A DNA stretch of 64,000 bases from Callorhinchus milii. Its lineage: Eukaryota. Within the stretch, counting starts at the first letter, position 1. Each line of letters starts with the position of its first letter. The stretch is taken from contig NW_024704742.1 in assembly GCF_018977255.1 (NCBI RefSeq), positions 63,738,001 through 63,802,000 on the forward strand. The letters run 5' to 3'. The notes beneath the pieces are model-generated. The model searched no databases and was not told the origin of the DNA. It saw only the letters and a list, made by a program, of their open reading frames with translations. The position numbers and the translations under genes were made by a program. This document shows, piece after piece, positions 51,906-63,700 of the stretch.

Positions 51906-52659
51906 TAGAAGCAGAAATGGAGAAGCCAGATCTATTTAATGAGTTGCATTGAACAACAAAATAGAATTGCGCTAATTCTATCACTGAAACCGAGTTTGGT
52001 TTAACACTGATGCTTTTTCACTTTGTAGATGGTTAGTTTCATGGGCTTCATGCAGACTGTGAGGAATTACAATCTGCTGTTAAAAATGAGACTATTGATC
52101 ACCGGAGAGTTTGCCTGTAATTCCATTAATCCACCACTTCCTTGAAGGATGAATAACTGCTTTAGTTCTTGTCCGTGTTTTATATAGTCTGCATGTCCCT
52201 CTGCTTATAGCCCGTCTGCCTGATCCACTCAAGTCTCACTTCAGTTTCTGATATTGTCAAACTCTGTCACTTTATCATGACTGGAAATCTAACAATCTCC
52301 ACCGGAGGGTATCCTTTGACATGGTATCAATTGTGTCCATTCTTTACCATTCACCGTAAATCACTCGTATGTTTTCCTGATGTCCATGTTTTTTCCACTA
52401 AAGCACGTGTGGGTTAAATTCCTCTTAATGCTACATGTAACCACTTTGATGATTTACGCTGACAACGGGAATTTCCCATAATCACGGCAGAACGTTCAAC
52501 CTATCCCTCTCTCTTACACGTGCTGAATGACCTGCTGCTCATTTTCACTTTCATTTCCTGGATTTTCCTTTGTACCTTTACTCATTTCCAATATTCCACA
52601 TGGTTTTAGCTCAAAGCCTATTTGTATCTTGAAAAATCTGAATTTAAATCTTAGTTGGT

Positions 52660-53050
52660 AGAGTTCTGTAGTGTAGTGGTTAGAGCAATCGCCTCACAAA
52701 TGAGAGGACTGGTGTTCGATTCTTGGACAGGGCAAAACCTTAGCAAGTTTCCTCACTCACACGCCTCTGTTTACCGAGCAGTAACTTAGTTGATTGGTGG
52801 ATTGTTTTCCGTGGGTAATAAACTCTTTAAAAAAATGTAGTCACTCAATCCACCGCTGTTTGTGGGACACCACTAGATGCAAATGTCTACCATATTTCGC
52901 CCTCAAAATATATAGTTCACTTTACAGTATACAAAAACAACTACAATTACATTTGTATAGTGCCTTTCATGTCGGGAGGAGGGTAGCCTGTGAAGCTCTT
53001 TGAGACAACTCAACAATGTGATATATCAAATGCAAAGATTTTTATTATTA
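52660..53050 (+). mobile_element. tRNA-head SINE (long variant) with a small L2-tail insertion
   Basis: ctgtagtgtagtggttagagc..gttcgattc head; cacgcctctgtttaccgagcagtaa middle. Confidence 0.75.
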
Positions 53051-53604
53051 TCCGTTTAGAAGCCTCCTTAAAAAGCACTGAGGTAAAATGTTTCCAAATT
53101 AAAAAAAAATTCCCTCCGCATTCTACACAATCGATCTTAAGGCTAAAACCTTGGATGATTCTGGGACTCCTGATTCCCACACGAAACCTACAATTCAGCT
53201 GTTAAGCGGGTGTTGCTGTGTTAATGCTGATGCATTTTGGGGGGAAGAAATGTCAGTCTATCAAATAATTCCTCTAATCCCTTGGATAACAATGCTGATT
53301 GTGGGCAAATTTAGCTGATGTTTTTGCCCGCATTGTTCCCACAGCACATGGAAAGCACCAGAAATTGGTGCTGAGCTCTTTGAGACAGTGACTGTGGGGC
53401 CCTCAGTTGACTCATCATCAGTTAATTGCTGATAAACAGTCTGGCTTGATTCTGATGGGACTGAGCACTGATATCAGCCTATTAGCTCCCTAACTTAGTC
53501 ATGTTCGTAACGGGATTGAGACAAACTGGCTACTTCAGACATTGTATGGTTCACAGGCATAATTGTTTTGAGGATAATGATTTAGCTCCCATATATTTGT
53601 GCTT

Positions 53605-53860
53605 GGACAGCTGGATGTCTGACATATGTGGAAACTAATCAGCATGCTTTACGAGTACCCATACCAGACTGATAATTCCATGTATGCCACCTACACATGG
53701 AAATGTACCTGTGTCTGAACTGGAATGTGCAATGTCTCCCCGGAGAGATTGCACCCTGCTTACCTAATTCCAAGAAGTATTAGGCACAGGTTGGCAAGAG
53801 CCAAGGCATGGAAACCCCAGAGTGTGTGTTGGAGTACTGCTGGCATTTAACCAGCTAAAG
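53605..53860 (-). mobile_element. Family X repeat
   Basis: cacctacacatggaaat..tacctaattcc..ggttggcaagagccaagg..accagctaaa. Confidence 0.7.
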
Positions 53861-54069
53861 CCCCATTGCATTAGCTTGCTTGCTCCCAAAGAAGATAGTT
53901 ATTAGTTGGCATTTGGCATCTGTGAAGTAAAGTTTTCAAGGAACAGGAAGGGGGTCCCAGTACAAACCCCTCAGACACCCTGCTTAATACCTCCCCCATC
54001 TTGACCTAATGCCCTAAATACTGCTTACATTTGAGAATTATATGTAATGATCCCCTGCAATTTTATTCA

Positions 54070-54365
54070 TACAAAGGTGCATTTAACTTTTATAACTCTT
54101 GGGTTATAATTCTTAGGTTCATTAATGACTCATTGCTGATGTGATGTGACATTTGTTTGTCCTTCAGTTATCAGCTGCAACTTGTCACTGTTAACCGTTC
54201 CAAGATAGAGTACTATATAAATGCAAGTTGTTGTTGTTGCAACAGCTCCATCAAGGTAACAGCCTAAGGAGAGTCAATAAATGAACAAATGCATTATGTG
54301 ATGTATTAGTTATCGCATAGTTGTTAATGTGGTCATTTGTTGTAATTAGGTCCAATTGATAACAG
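54070..54365 (+). repeat. Local duplication, copy 1 (interrupted by a 56-bp insertion)
   Basis: Aligns with 55922-56140, e.g. ggttcattaatgactcatt, aaggtaacagcctaaggagag, gttaatgtggtcattt. Confidence 0.85.
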
Positions 54366-54934
54366 CACAAGGTAATGTTCCTTTCCTTCCTTTCCTTCAG
54401 CCAATTTGAATTTCAGTCTTGCCCTATAGTGTCAGTTTCTGTACGAGTCTCTCATTTAGCACTTTGTGGAACACCCTTTGGAACTTTGTCATTTGGCTTC
54501 CAATTAATTTGAGATGTCGCCTCCTCAAAAAAGTCTCTGCCTATGCGATCACAGCAATTTTTGTTTATTTATCAAAGCCTAGATTTTGCTTCTACTCTGT
54601 GCTTCAGGGCAAATGCTACAATGAACTAAATGCCGGAGGGGATTAAAGGAAGTAAATGAAGATTTATTTGTACCAATCCATGTAAGTCTGCAAGAGGAAT
54701 GAAGCTATGTGAACAAACATAAAGAAGCCTAGTCATTTTGAAGTCTTTAATCTTGTGATGTTACCCCATTGCCTTCAGGCTGTTATCTACTGAGATTAAA
54801 AGTTGAAACGCGGAACAAAATAATCATCAGCCAAGAATAACCTTTGTCCAAGCTGCAATTGTGCCCATCCAAAAAATACTGTTGAGGTGTTCAAATATTT
54901 GTGAAATTAGAGCAGTGAGGAGCATTTGCGTGAC

Positions 54935-55355
54935 AGCCTGGTTCAGTTGGTCGCACTTTTGCCTCCGAGTCAGAAAAGTGTGGGTTTAAGCTCCACATCC
55001 AGACTTTGAACCAGCAGTCCAGGCTGACATCCCAATACAGTGCTGGGTGAGTGCAGCATTGGTGCAGGTGTCTTCTTTTGGATGAACTGTTAAGCCAAGG
55101 TCTTGTCTGTTGAGGTGAATGTTAAAGATCCCATGGTACTATTTGACAAAAGAGAAGGGGGTTTGTCTCAGTGTTCTGGACAACAATCCCTCAGATAAAA
55201 CTGGTCATTCACTTCATGGGTGTTTGTGCGATTGCTAAACTCAAATTAGCTGTCGTGTTTACCTACAAAATATACAGTCACTACACTCTACAGTAAAATT
55301 GTGGGAAGCGCATTGAGACTGTTCAATGACATGTTAAGCGCTATATAAAATGCAA
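54935..55355 (+). mobile_element. Deu-domain SINE, near full length
   Basis: tRNA-like head, ttttggatga..gttaaagatcccatggtactattt core, gcgctatataaaatgcaa tail. Confidence 0.8.
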
Positions 55356-55921
55356 TCATTCTTCTTATTACTATATAGCTCAGTCATCATGTCACTACTG
55401 GTTAGTGTTAACAATTTTTTATACTATTAATAGTTTCTTCCATGTTTGTGAATACCATGAGCAGTGGTAAGTCAATATCATTTCCCCGAAGAACTCCTTT
55501 AAGTCACTAAGCTTTCCCATTTACCAGTACCTCAGCTATCTTATGCAAAATAATAATAATCCTTGCATTTGGTTTTGATATAGCGCCTTATCGTGTCATT
55601 GAGGCATCTCAAATCACTTTACAGAGTATATTGTAAAGTGAATTTACAGTGTATTTTGTGGGCCAAACAATTTTCAATTCTATTAGCAAACCTGTCATTA
55701 ATTCCATGAGCCTTAATCTTCTTCATAAATGTTATATTTGAACCTTAAACAAGTAACTTCTGAAAAATCTAAGTTGATTATACCCAGTGGATAGCTTCTA
55801 TTAACCAATTTAATTACTCCCTCAAGAGGCACAACCTCTTGTTTCCAAGTTCCCACTACCTGGCTCTGTCCTCTTGAGAATTGGTAGCATCCTGTATAAT
55901 GTTCCCCAGCATTTTTACCAC

Positions 55922-56140
55922 TACAAAAGTTGCATTAACTGTTCTCTACCTCTTGGGTTCATTAATGACTCATTACTGAGTCATTGTGACATTTGTTGTC
56001 CTTTGGTCATCAGCTGTAACAGCTCCATGAAGGTAACAGCCTAAGGAGAGCCAATGGGTGAAAATGTGTTATATGATATATTAGTTATCACATAGCTGTT
56101 AATGTGGTCATTTATTCTTATCAGGTCCAGTTGATAACAA
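55922..56140 (+). repeat. Local duplication, copy 2
   Basis: See copy 1. Confidence 0.85.
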
Positions 56141-58729
56141 GACAGAACCTAATCTCTTCCTCCCCACTGACTCAGTCATATTGGTTAGACCCCCCCCCAA
56201 ACCCCCATTAGATTTGAATGAACGAGACACTGTGAATGTAATGACCAGTGTTTCTCAGATTTGTCCTGAGGTTGAACACATTGCCCAATCTCTAGTGCAA
56301 GGTCCTAGTGATTTTCCCACTATCCACCCTCTATCTCTGCTTTCAAAATCAGTCTAAAAATGTTCACCTACAAAATCCACACAGTCACTCCACTTTACAG
56401 CATATCCCATGAAATGTTTGAGATGTCTCAATGACATAAGAAAATACTTTATCAAAAGCAAGGATTATTATCTTTTGATTTCACTTTGGAGAACCTCCCT
56501 CCTACCTCCCATTTCGGGCTCATTTAGTGCCTGTCTAACGCTTTGGACGTAGTTGCAACTTATTTTTTCGGTTTCTTCATGCCTCAAAGAGAGAAAGAGA
56601 AACAACTTGCATTTTTATAGGACCTATAATGCCTCAAAGCATGTTTCAGTGATTACTGTTAAGGGCAACAGTTGTTTTTAAAGGCAAACGCAACAACCAT
56701 TTTGCATACAAAGGCATGAATAAAAATCCTTACACTCGGAATAGCGCCTTTCATGTCGAGAAGGAGTCCCGAAATGCTTCACTGCATGTTCTGTGAAGTG
56801 TAGTGATTGTATGTTTTGTGATGAACACAGGGGATTGATGTGATTCCGACATTCCATTGCCATATACGACACCGCAGAGCCAGCTCAGCTTCGAGGAGAT
56901 CCCCCTGACCGCCTCCCCCACACCCCCAGGGAGGATAGTCTTGACCGTGGCCTTTGAGAAATGGGTTAGCGATGGTTGACTTAAGGACAAAAACCTGCAA
57001 CTTTAAGTTTCATTTGGATCACATCAAAGGTTACATGTTATTCATGGCAGAGTCACGGATTGTATCCTTTGAAACCTGCTGTGATAGTCCAGTAGGATCT
57101 CAGAGTGGCACTAAAACGCAGACCTTTTGAACCCCTCTCTCAGTGTCGCAATAATGATCTTGAAAGTGATATTTTGGGTGACCATAACCTCTACGTGAGG
57201 AACAGAAGGAATTCAATCCCCTTTGAACTCAGTCAACATCCAGGCCATTTGTCAGCCACATTTCGAGATTGTTTAATTGCAGATGCATCGCTGCAACCTA
57301 GATTGTTGCAGTCCTCTGGTTTCAAAAGACACTCATTAGAGTCCGCTGAAGCGTTGAGTTATTTTAAGTAAGTCTGCTTTAAAAAAACACACACTTTCCA
57401 GATGGATTACAGATTGCTCTCCGCAAGCCTAGTCATTTGAAGTTAAAGCTCCTCCAGACTTTATTCACCAGAGAGATCTGCTCAAGGATTGGTAACTTCC
57501 AAGATTGCAGAGCAAGAGGAATTTGTAACTGATTTATGCAGGGCAGTAACTCAGAGATCCCTGCGTGCCTTTGCAAAACAGCTTTACCAGATGCAAGGTT
57601 TGGCAGGAGTGCAGGCAGCGAGTGCCATGTCAAGTAAGAATTATGACAAACGGCCAAACTGCTCACCTTCTTTTGATAATGGACACATTCACTGCTGGCA
57701 TCAATCCATCTGCATGTAAAGGAAGACATAATTACAAGGATCAGTGGAAGCTGAATGCACATGAAGGACAGACATTTGTTCACCTTGCTAAATGGGGTTT
57801 TCAAAAGGTTTCTGCTTCAATAATCCTGATAAGCCCCTTGTTTAACTCTGCAAGTCAGTAACTGTTCCTCTTTATCTTATGAGGTTGGGATTTAAATGCT
57901 TCGAGAGGTTTTCAAGACATTGGGAGGAGATTGTGGGAGGGGTTCAAGAGTAATGTAAGGGAAAATATCCAAGTCACGCACCATGCAAATGCCACCTGAC
58001 CAGGTTTTGATCTCTCAGAAGTCAAGTATCCAATGCTGGTTAGGACAAATGTTTCTGCTGGATTTACTTGTATCTGAATCTCATGCCTGTGAAACTTGCT
58101 TCTCGTTTCAAATAGCATCATAATTTCCACCTAAAAGGCAGGCACCACTAGCAATGCAACACTGCCCAGTACTGTACTGAAACGTCAGCCTCGAATAGGA
58201 GCTGAAAGTCGCACTTAAAGTATCCGCTGAATTAGACTTGAAGATATTCTACATACAGTAGTAATAATAATCCTTGCATTTGATACTGCGCCTTATCACG
58301 TCTTCTAGGTGTCTCAAAGCACTTCACAGAATATAATGTTAAGTGAATTAATTGACTGTGTATTTTTGTGGGTGAAAATAACTACCTATTAAAGTGAATT
58401 GTGAAAATGGAACTTTTCCCTTCAGTCTTGGGCTCTCTATTGTAACACTGTGGTCTGAAGTTTGTGAGACAGTGAGCATTGTAATCTATTAAATATATTC
58501 AATCCTTGACTGCCTTGTTAATTAGAAAAGGGAAAATGGGTGAAATAATTTTCTCTTTTCAGTTGAATAGTACACTTCGGGAATGAATACTGGATCCAAG
58601 CCTTTGTCTCCTCATTAGTTTGATTGTCTGGGGTCTTCATGTGTTCTCACAGTACACAGCACTCTGTCAATCTGATTATCCTGTAAGAGGAGCTCAAGTC
58701 ATGGGAGTGGAAATTAACACAAAAAAAAT

Positions 58730-58975
58730 GCAAAATACTGCAGATGCTGGAAATCTGAAACAAAAATCAGAAGTCGCTGGGAACACTCAGCATGTCACTA
58801 AATATAAACATATTTGCCCTGCCTCCCCCCTCTCTGTTAGCCCTTAAAAGCCTCTCCCTCCCAACATGCCCCAGTTCTGACGAAGGGTTGTGGACCCGAA
58901 ACGTTGACTCACTCTCCTTTCTCCATGGATGCTGCCTAGCTTGCTGAGTGTTCCCAGCCACTTGTTTTGTTGTGC
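58730..58975. mobile_element. Penelope-like element remnant with inverted repeats
   Basis: actgcagatgctggaaatctgaaac motif; perfect 17-bp inverted arms 58776-58792 and 58942-58958; ctgacgaagggt..acccgaaacgtt motif. Confidence 0.7.
58873..58909 (+). ncRNA. Minimal type I hammerhead ribozyme-like motif
   Basis: agtt-CTGACGA-a-GGGT-tgtgg-ACCC-GAAA-cgt-t-gact: both core boxes, 4-bp stem II, 4-bp stem I, palindromic ACGT stem III. Confidence 0.6.
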
Positions 58976-59239
58976 AAATTAACATCCCTGATGTGCTAAT
59001 TAACACACCATTGAAAATTGCACCACAAATTCACAGTACAGGAGGCATAAAAGACCATTATCTAGTTCCCTCATTAAAGTTATGCACCTACCATCCACCT
59101 AGTGAGGATCAAGCCTGCGCTTGTTGAATGTTGAATTACCAACTAGTGACTATCCTCCTTGGGGGTGGGGGTGGGCGGGGAGGTAAGTGTGGTCTCTTTT
59201 GTGCTGAACTGGCTCCAAACTGACATGCCTGGCAATGGA

Positions 59240-59562
59240 ATAATAATAATAATAATAATCCTTGCATTTGATATAGCGCTTTTCACGTCAGGAGGACATC
59301 CCAAAGCGCTTCACAGAACACACTGTAAAGTGAATTGACTGTATATTTGTGGGCGAACGCGGCAGCCAATTGCGCACAGCAATGTCCCACAAACAGTCGT
59401 AGATTGAAAATGACCAATTTATTATTGTTTTTGGTTTTGGAGGGATTATTATTAGGCGTGTGGAGTAAGGAAACTTGCCCAAGGTTTCGCTCTGCCTGGA
59501 ATTGAACTCAGGTCTCTCGCTTGCAAGGCGAGTGCTCTAACCACTGAACTACAGGACTCCAC
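59240..59562 (-). mobile_element. Full-length tRNA-head SINE (short variant)
   Basis: (aat)n tail at left, ctctaaccactgaactacaggactcca at right. Confidence 0.9.
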
Positions 59563-59599
59563 AAACATGAGAATGTTGAAAGAAGCAATATAATTTTAG

Positions 59600-59833
59600 A
59601 TGGTTAGACTCCAGCAGTTACCCCAACGCACACTCTCGAGTCATCAAGCCTTGGCTCGAGCCAACCTGTGTCTAATACTTTCCAGAATTAGGTAAACAGG
59701 ATGTGTCCCTCCAGGGAGAGAGTGCGCATTCCATGTGTAGGTGGGATGCAGGGAAACTCAGCTTGGTTGGGATACTCTTAAGCATGGAAATCGGTTCCGC
59801 ATGTGTCAGACACCCGGCTGACCACACAAAAAA
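59600..59833 (+). mobile_element. Family X repeat in the opposite orientation, ending ggctgacc plus an A-rich tail
   Basis: Reverse complement of the 51617 copy. Confidence 0.75.
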
Positions 59834-59924
59834 ATATATTTATCTTCTGATAACCACTTCCCACATCCTCGCAACTCGCTGTGTAAAAATTATTCACCTA
59901 ATTTCTCCCGTTACTGATTAAACA

Positions 59925-60105
59925 CATTGATTGTTTGCATCACAGCCAAGCCAGATCCTTTCCTCATCTGATCACGCATACTCTTTTTGGTCAGTTAGGT
60001 GTTTGACACATGCAGATACCCATCAATTTGCATAGGAGTACCCGTGCTAAACAGATTTACATATAGAAAATGTGGCATCTAGACTGAGATCAGTTAACAG
60101 TGCAG
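59925..60105 (-). mobile_element. AmnSINE2-like fragment with a short family-X end inserted (about 59984-60025)
   Basis: gcatcacagccaagcc and ctgagatcagttaac are reverse complements of motifs at about 15.3 kb. Confidence 0.45.
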
Positions 60106-60339
60106 GATTCAGTTAAAAGAAATTTATAGCCCAGAAGAAGGCCATTCGGCCCATTGTGTCAATTCTGTGCCCAAACGCTTTTACCTGTAGACTTCAAAGG
60201 CCTTTCAATAATAATCTATTTCAATTATATAATTAATTAGGAATATTTTAAAATTTTAAAAGTTACTTAGCAGAAATAAAAAGGTGCTAGCAAACAGAAA
60301 CCAATCTCACCAATTTACTTATTTTGGTAGCCTGTAGAC

Positions 60340-60710
60340 TTTCTCTCTGGAGATGAGATGAATGAGAGAGAAAGCTTCTAAAAGGATTCAATAAGATTTA
60401 CATAAATTGGATTTAGCAAATCGAAAACACCAGTGAGGGGGAGGGGGATAAATAAAAGATAACCAATAGCAGACCAAAAAGGGAATTTAAGAGGAATTTA
60501 TTTATGCAGAGAGTGGTGAGAATGTGGAACTAACTAACTAACTGCTGTTGAAGCAAAAGGCAAACATATTCAAGAGCTACCTTGACACATAGATGAGGGA
60601 GATGGGAATTAAAGGGATGTGGGATAGATTAGGAGGGGGATGCTCAAATGGAGTGGAAACACCGGTGTGGGAATAGTTGGTCTGAATGACTCGTTTCCAT
60701 GTTGTACCAT
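60340..60710 (+). mobile_element. CR1 LINE 3' fragment
   Basis: tttatgcagagagtggtgagaatgtggaac..ttcaagagctaccttgac..tagttggtctgaatgactcgtttccatgttgta. Confidence 0.7.
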
Positions 60711-63700
60711 TGCACAAATTAGCTTCTGTGTTCACCCATAAAATACACAAATCACTCTTCTTTACAGAATATCCTGTGAAGAGCTTTGTCCTCCCAACAT
60801 GAAAGGCATGATATCAAATGTAAGGTTTGTTAGTACAATAACACTGTACATACGACGACCCTCCTTTTCGACTGTCCTGCACCTTGGGACGTTCATGCAA
60901 TGCAGAAGAAGCTATACAAATGTTATTCGATGCATGAATATTACAGTCCATCAATGCCCAAGTGGTAAACAGCTGTGCACAGCTGGAAACGGAACTGACA
61001 TAAGAGCAACCCCAAACCAGAAATAAGTCAACTCTATCCGGGACACGTCCAAATTATTCCAGCATTTTATTAATTTATAACCGAAAAAAATCTTAAAAAA
61101 CAGAACAATCCAGGAAATAGCATAGGCAGCATTTTATAAAGTTGTCCAAAAAAGCATTTACAGTAAGATATGCTCCCATTAGGAATACTGTGAGCAACTG
61201 TTTCAAGGAAAAGTGAGGCTGCACCAATACATGAGCAAGTCACATTCAAAAATATCTATGTCACAACCATAGTCAAACATCTTGAAGCAACATGCCTGTA
61301 GGCGTATGTCATACCAGTTTCATTATCTTTGTATCAATAGTTATATTTATGTTAACATCAATAAAAACTGTTGTGCATTATTAACCTTATTCAATATGCT
61401 AATTAAAGGAAAAAAATGAGCTGGCTGCATTAGGTTAACAATAAAATATTAAAAGGAGTAAAAATGCTGGGATATAAGAGTACCAAATAGCAAGAATGAT
61501 TCTCAATGTAATACCTGAAATGTCAAATAAAACCACACAAACGAGGAAAAAGATAAATGCAAAGATCTGAGCTGAATCTCAACGCTTTTCAAATATTAGT
61601 CTTGTGAGCGTACGTCAAATAGAGCAACGTGCTATACAATGTAAAAGCACTTGTACCATTACATAGTTCCATGCTTTGAATGTCGTCCCACATGCTCTAC
61701 TTTCTGTCCATTATTGGATAATTGATTCCCACAGGATACTGCACCAGTGGGACAAGTTATTCATTCCAAAGGCATTCATTCCACGTGGTAATTTTTTTTA
61801 AAAAAAGCAATCTGGGAGCAGATTGCTCGTGGCAATTTATTTGCTAACAATTTTTCTCTTGTTTTTACTGCAGTGAAAGCTTATAAAAGCCTTTTATCAG
61901 TCTGGAATGCATTCTGGGAGCAGTGTGGTCTACAATTACTGCCAGTATCATCACACAGTGGAGCTGTCCAGCAATATGGAACCAAAGTGATTATTCACCT
62001 GAATCCTTTATTGCCAAAAAAAATCAGTGTCCTCCGTATTAAAATGTGAAATGGAATAAAAACTCAATGGATACAACAGCACACTCTCTCTCTTCTACTG
62101 ACCATCTTGTATTTAACACACCAGTTGTCACATCTGCTCATTTAACTAATCCGACTGCCTCGAACCATCACCACCTTCTCTGTGCCTTTAAAGCTCCATC
62201 CCACTAGCGTGTCCCCAAGCCGTTACACATCTGTAAATTCCAGCTACTCAAATACGTCATCCGTATTGACTGAAGTGTTGAATAAGCGGACAATGCAAAA
62301 TGGTTTGCAATAGTAATTGCTGGACATTACAATTACCCAGTAAGGGGAGAGGTCATTTCAAAAGTGCAAAGGCTATCTCAATTTATTAGTGTGTTACTTG
62401 GGCAAAACTAGAACGGGGTTTAGAGAATCCATTGTGACAAAACAAATGAAACCGGACCATTTACCTTGCATATTTTCTCCTGCTTGTGGTGCCTTCTGCC
62501 AATGACACTTTTTTTCTTTAACTGGGCAGCTGGGGGCAGGGTTACTGATGGACATCATGAACACTGTGATCAGTGAGTAATGTAGTCTACAATTACAAGT
62601 GTCACCTAAAGGGTAGAATGCACTACACCAGTCTAACCTCTTGGTTCCGAGTGCTCTGATGTAGTGCCCATCAGTGAGAGGCAAAGACACACTCCTTTGT
62701 GGTCAGTCAAGGTCTGGATTAATACGCAAATCTTCTGGATTGCTTGGCTAACACAGTCTCCCCTGGATCGCTTACTCCATTGGAGCTTTGAACAGTACAA
62801 CAGGGTGCCCAGTTCATTGGACAACTGGCTGACTCAATCCAGCCATGTGGGAAGATTTCTCACTGTTCCTGCAACAATTTAATAACACAACATTTTGCAT
62901 GTGTGAACAAAAATCAAGCTAAGTCTGCATCAGAACAAAGCTGTACCCAAATCCAAACCACTCCCACTGCCCACACTCCAGCTAACATGTGTTGTTTTAA
63001 ACCGTGAATCCAGCTGACACACTCACTGCCCAGTTTGGCAGCAATACTTGGGGGAAAACTTGCAGATGGGGAATTGCGTGCTTGCTGTTGCGACAGGATT
63101 TGTAGCTTCAAAATAGTATATTGTTCTGTGAAACAAAATGGGCTAGCAAAGGCCTTTCTGAAACTTGCTGAAGTCTGTGTAGGACTGCAGTAAATTAGAC
63201 TGTAGGTACATATATGTAAGATGAGAAGTGCTAGAGAGATACACAAAGAGCCCTGGGTTATGTTTTTTTAGATGCAAAATCTTGGGTGCAATACAGTACT
63301 ACATAGTATGTGAAAGGAAGCATTATTGACTGGAAGTATTAGGGTTGGTGAAGAGAAAGAAAGGATTCCTTGTACAACTTCAGACGAGGTGGGAAACAGG
63401 CAAACTTCTTTTGCTTCCCCTTACCTTGGTGAAATAAGCCAATGTTCTGATCACTTGCTCCATGTGAACTGCAATAATATAGATTAACTGGACTCCCAGA
63501 ATGTGCTATACTCAAATAAATAACCATGCGTTTCTTTCCATAGTAGAACCCGATTTCAGAAACTGTTACATTATCCTACTAAACACACCTCAAGTCTAGT
63601 CTCGAAACAACCTGATTTATCATGGTTTCAGCTCAGGCACTTGGCGATGTGGATTATTATCTGGATATATAAAATATATACTTTTGCTAATGTGCATAGA

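Noticed and set aside
59160..59182. G-quadruplex-like G-runs (also 27573-27588)
   Set aside because: Common low-complexity tracts with no supporting context.
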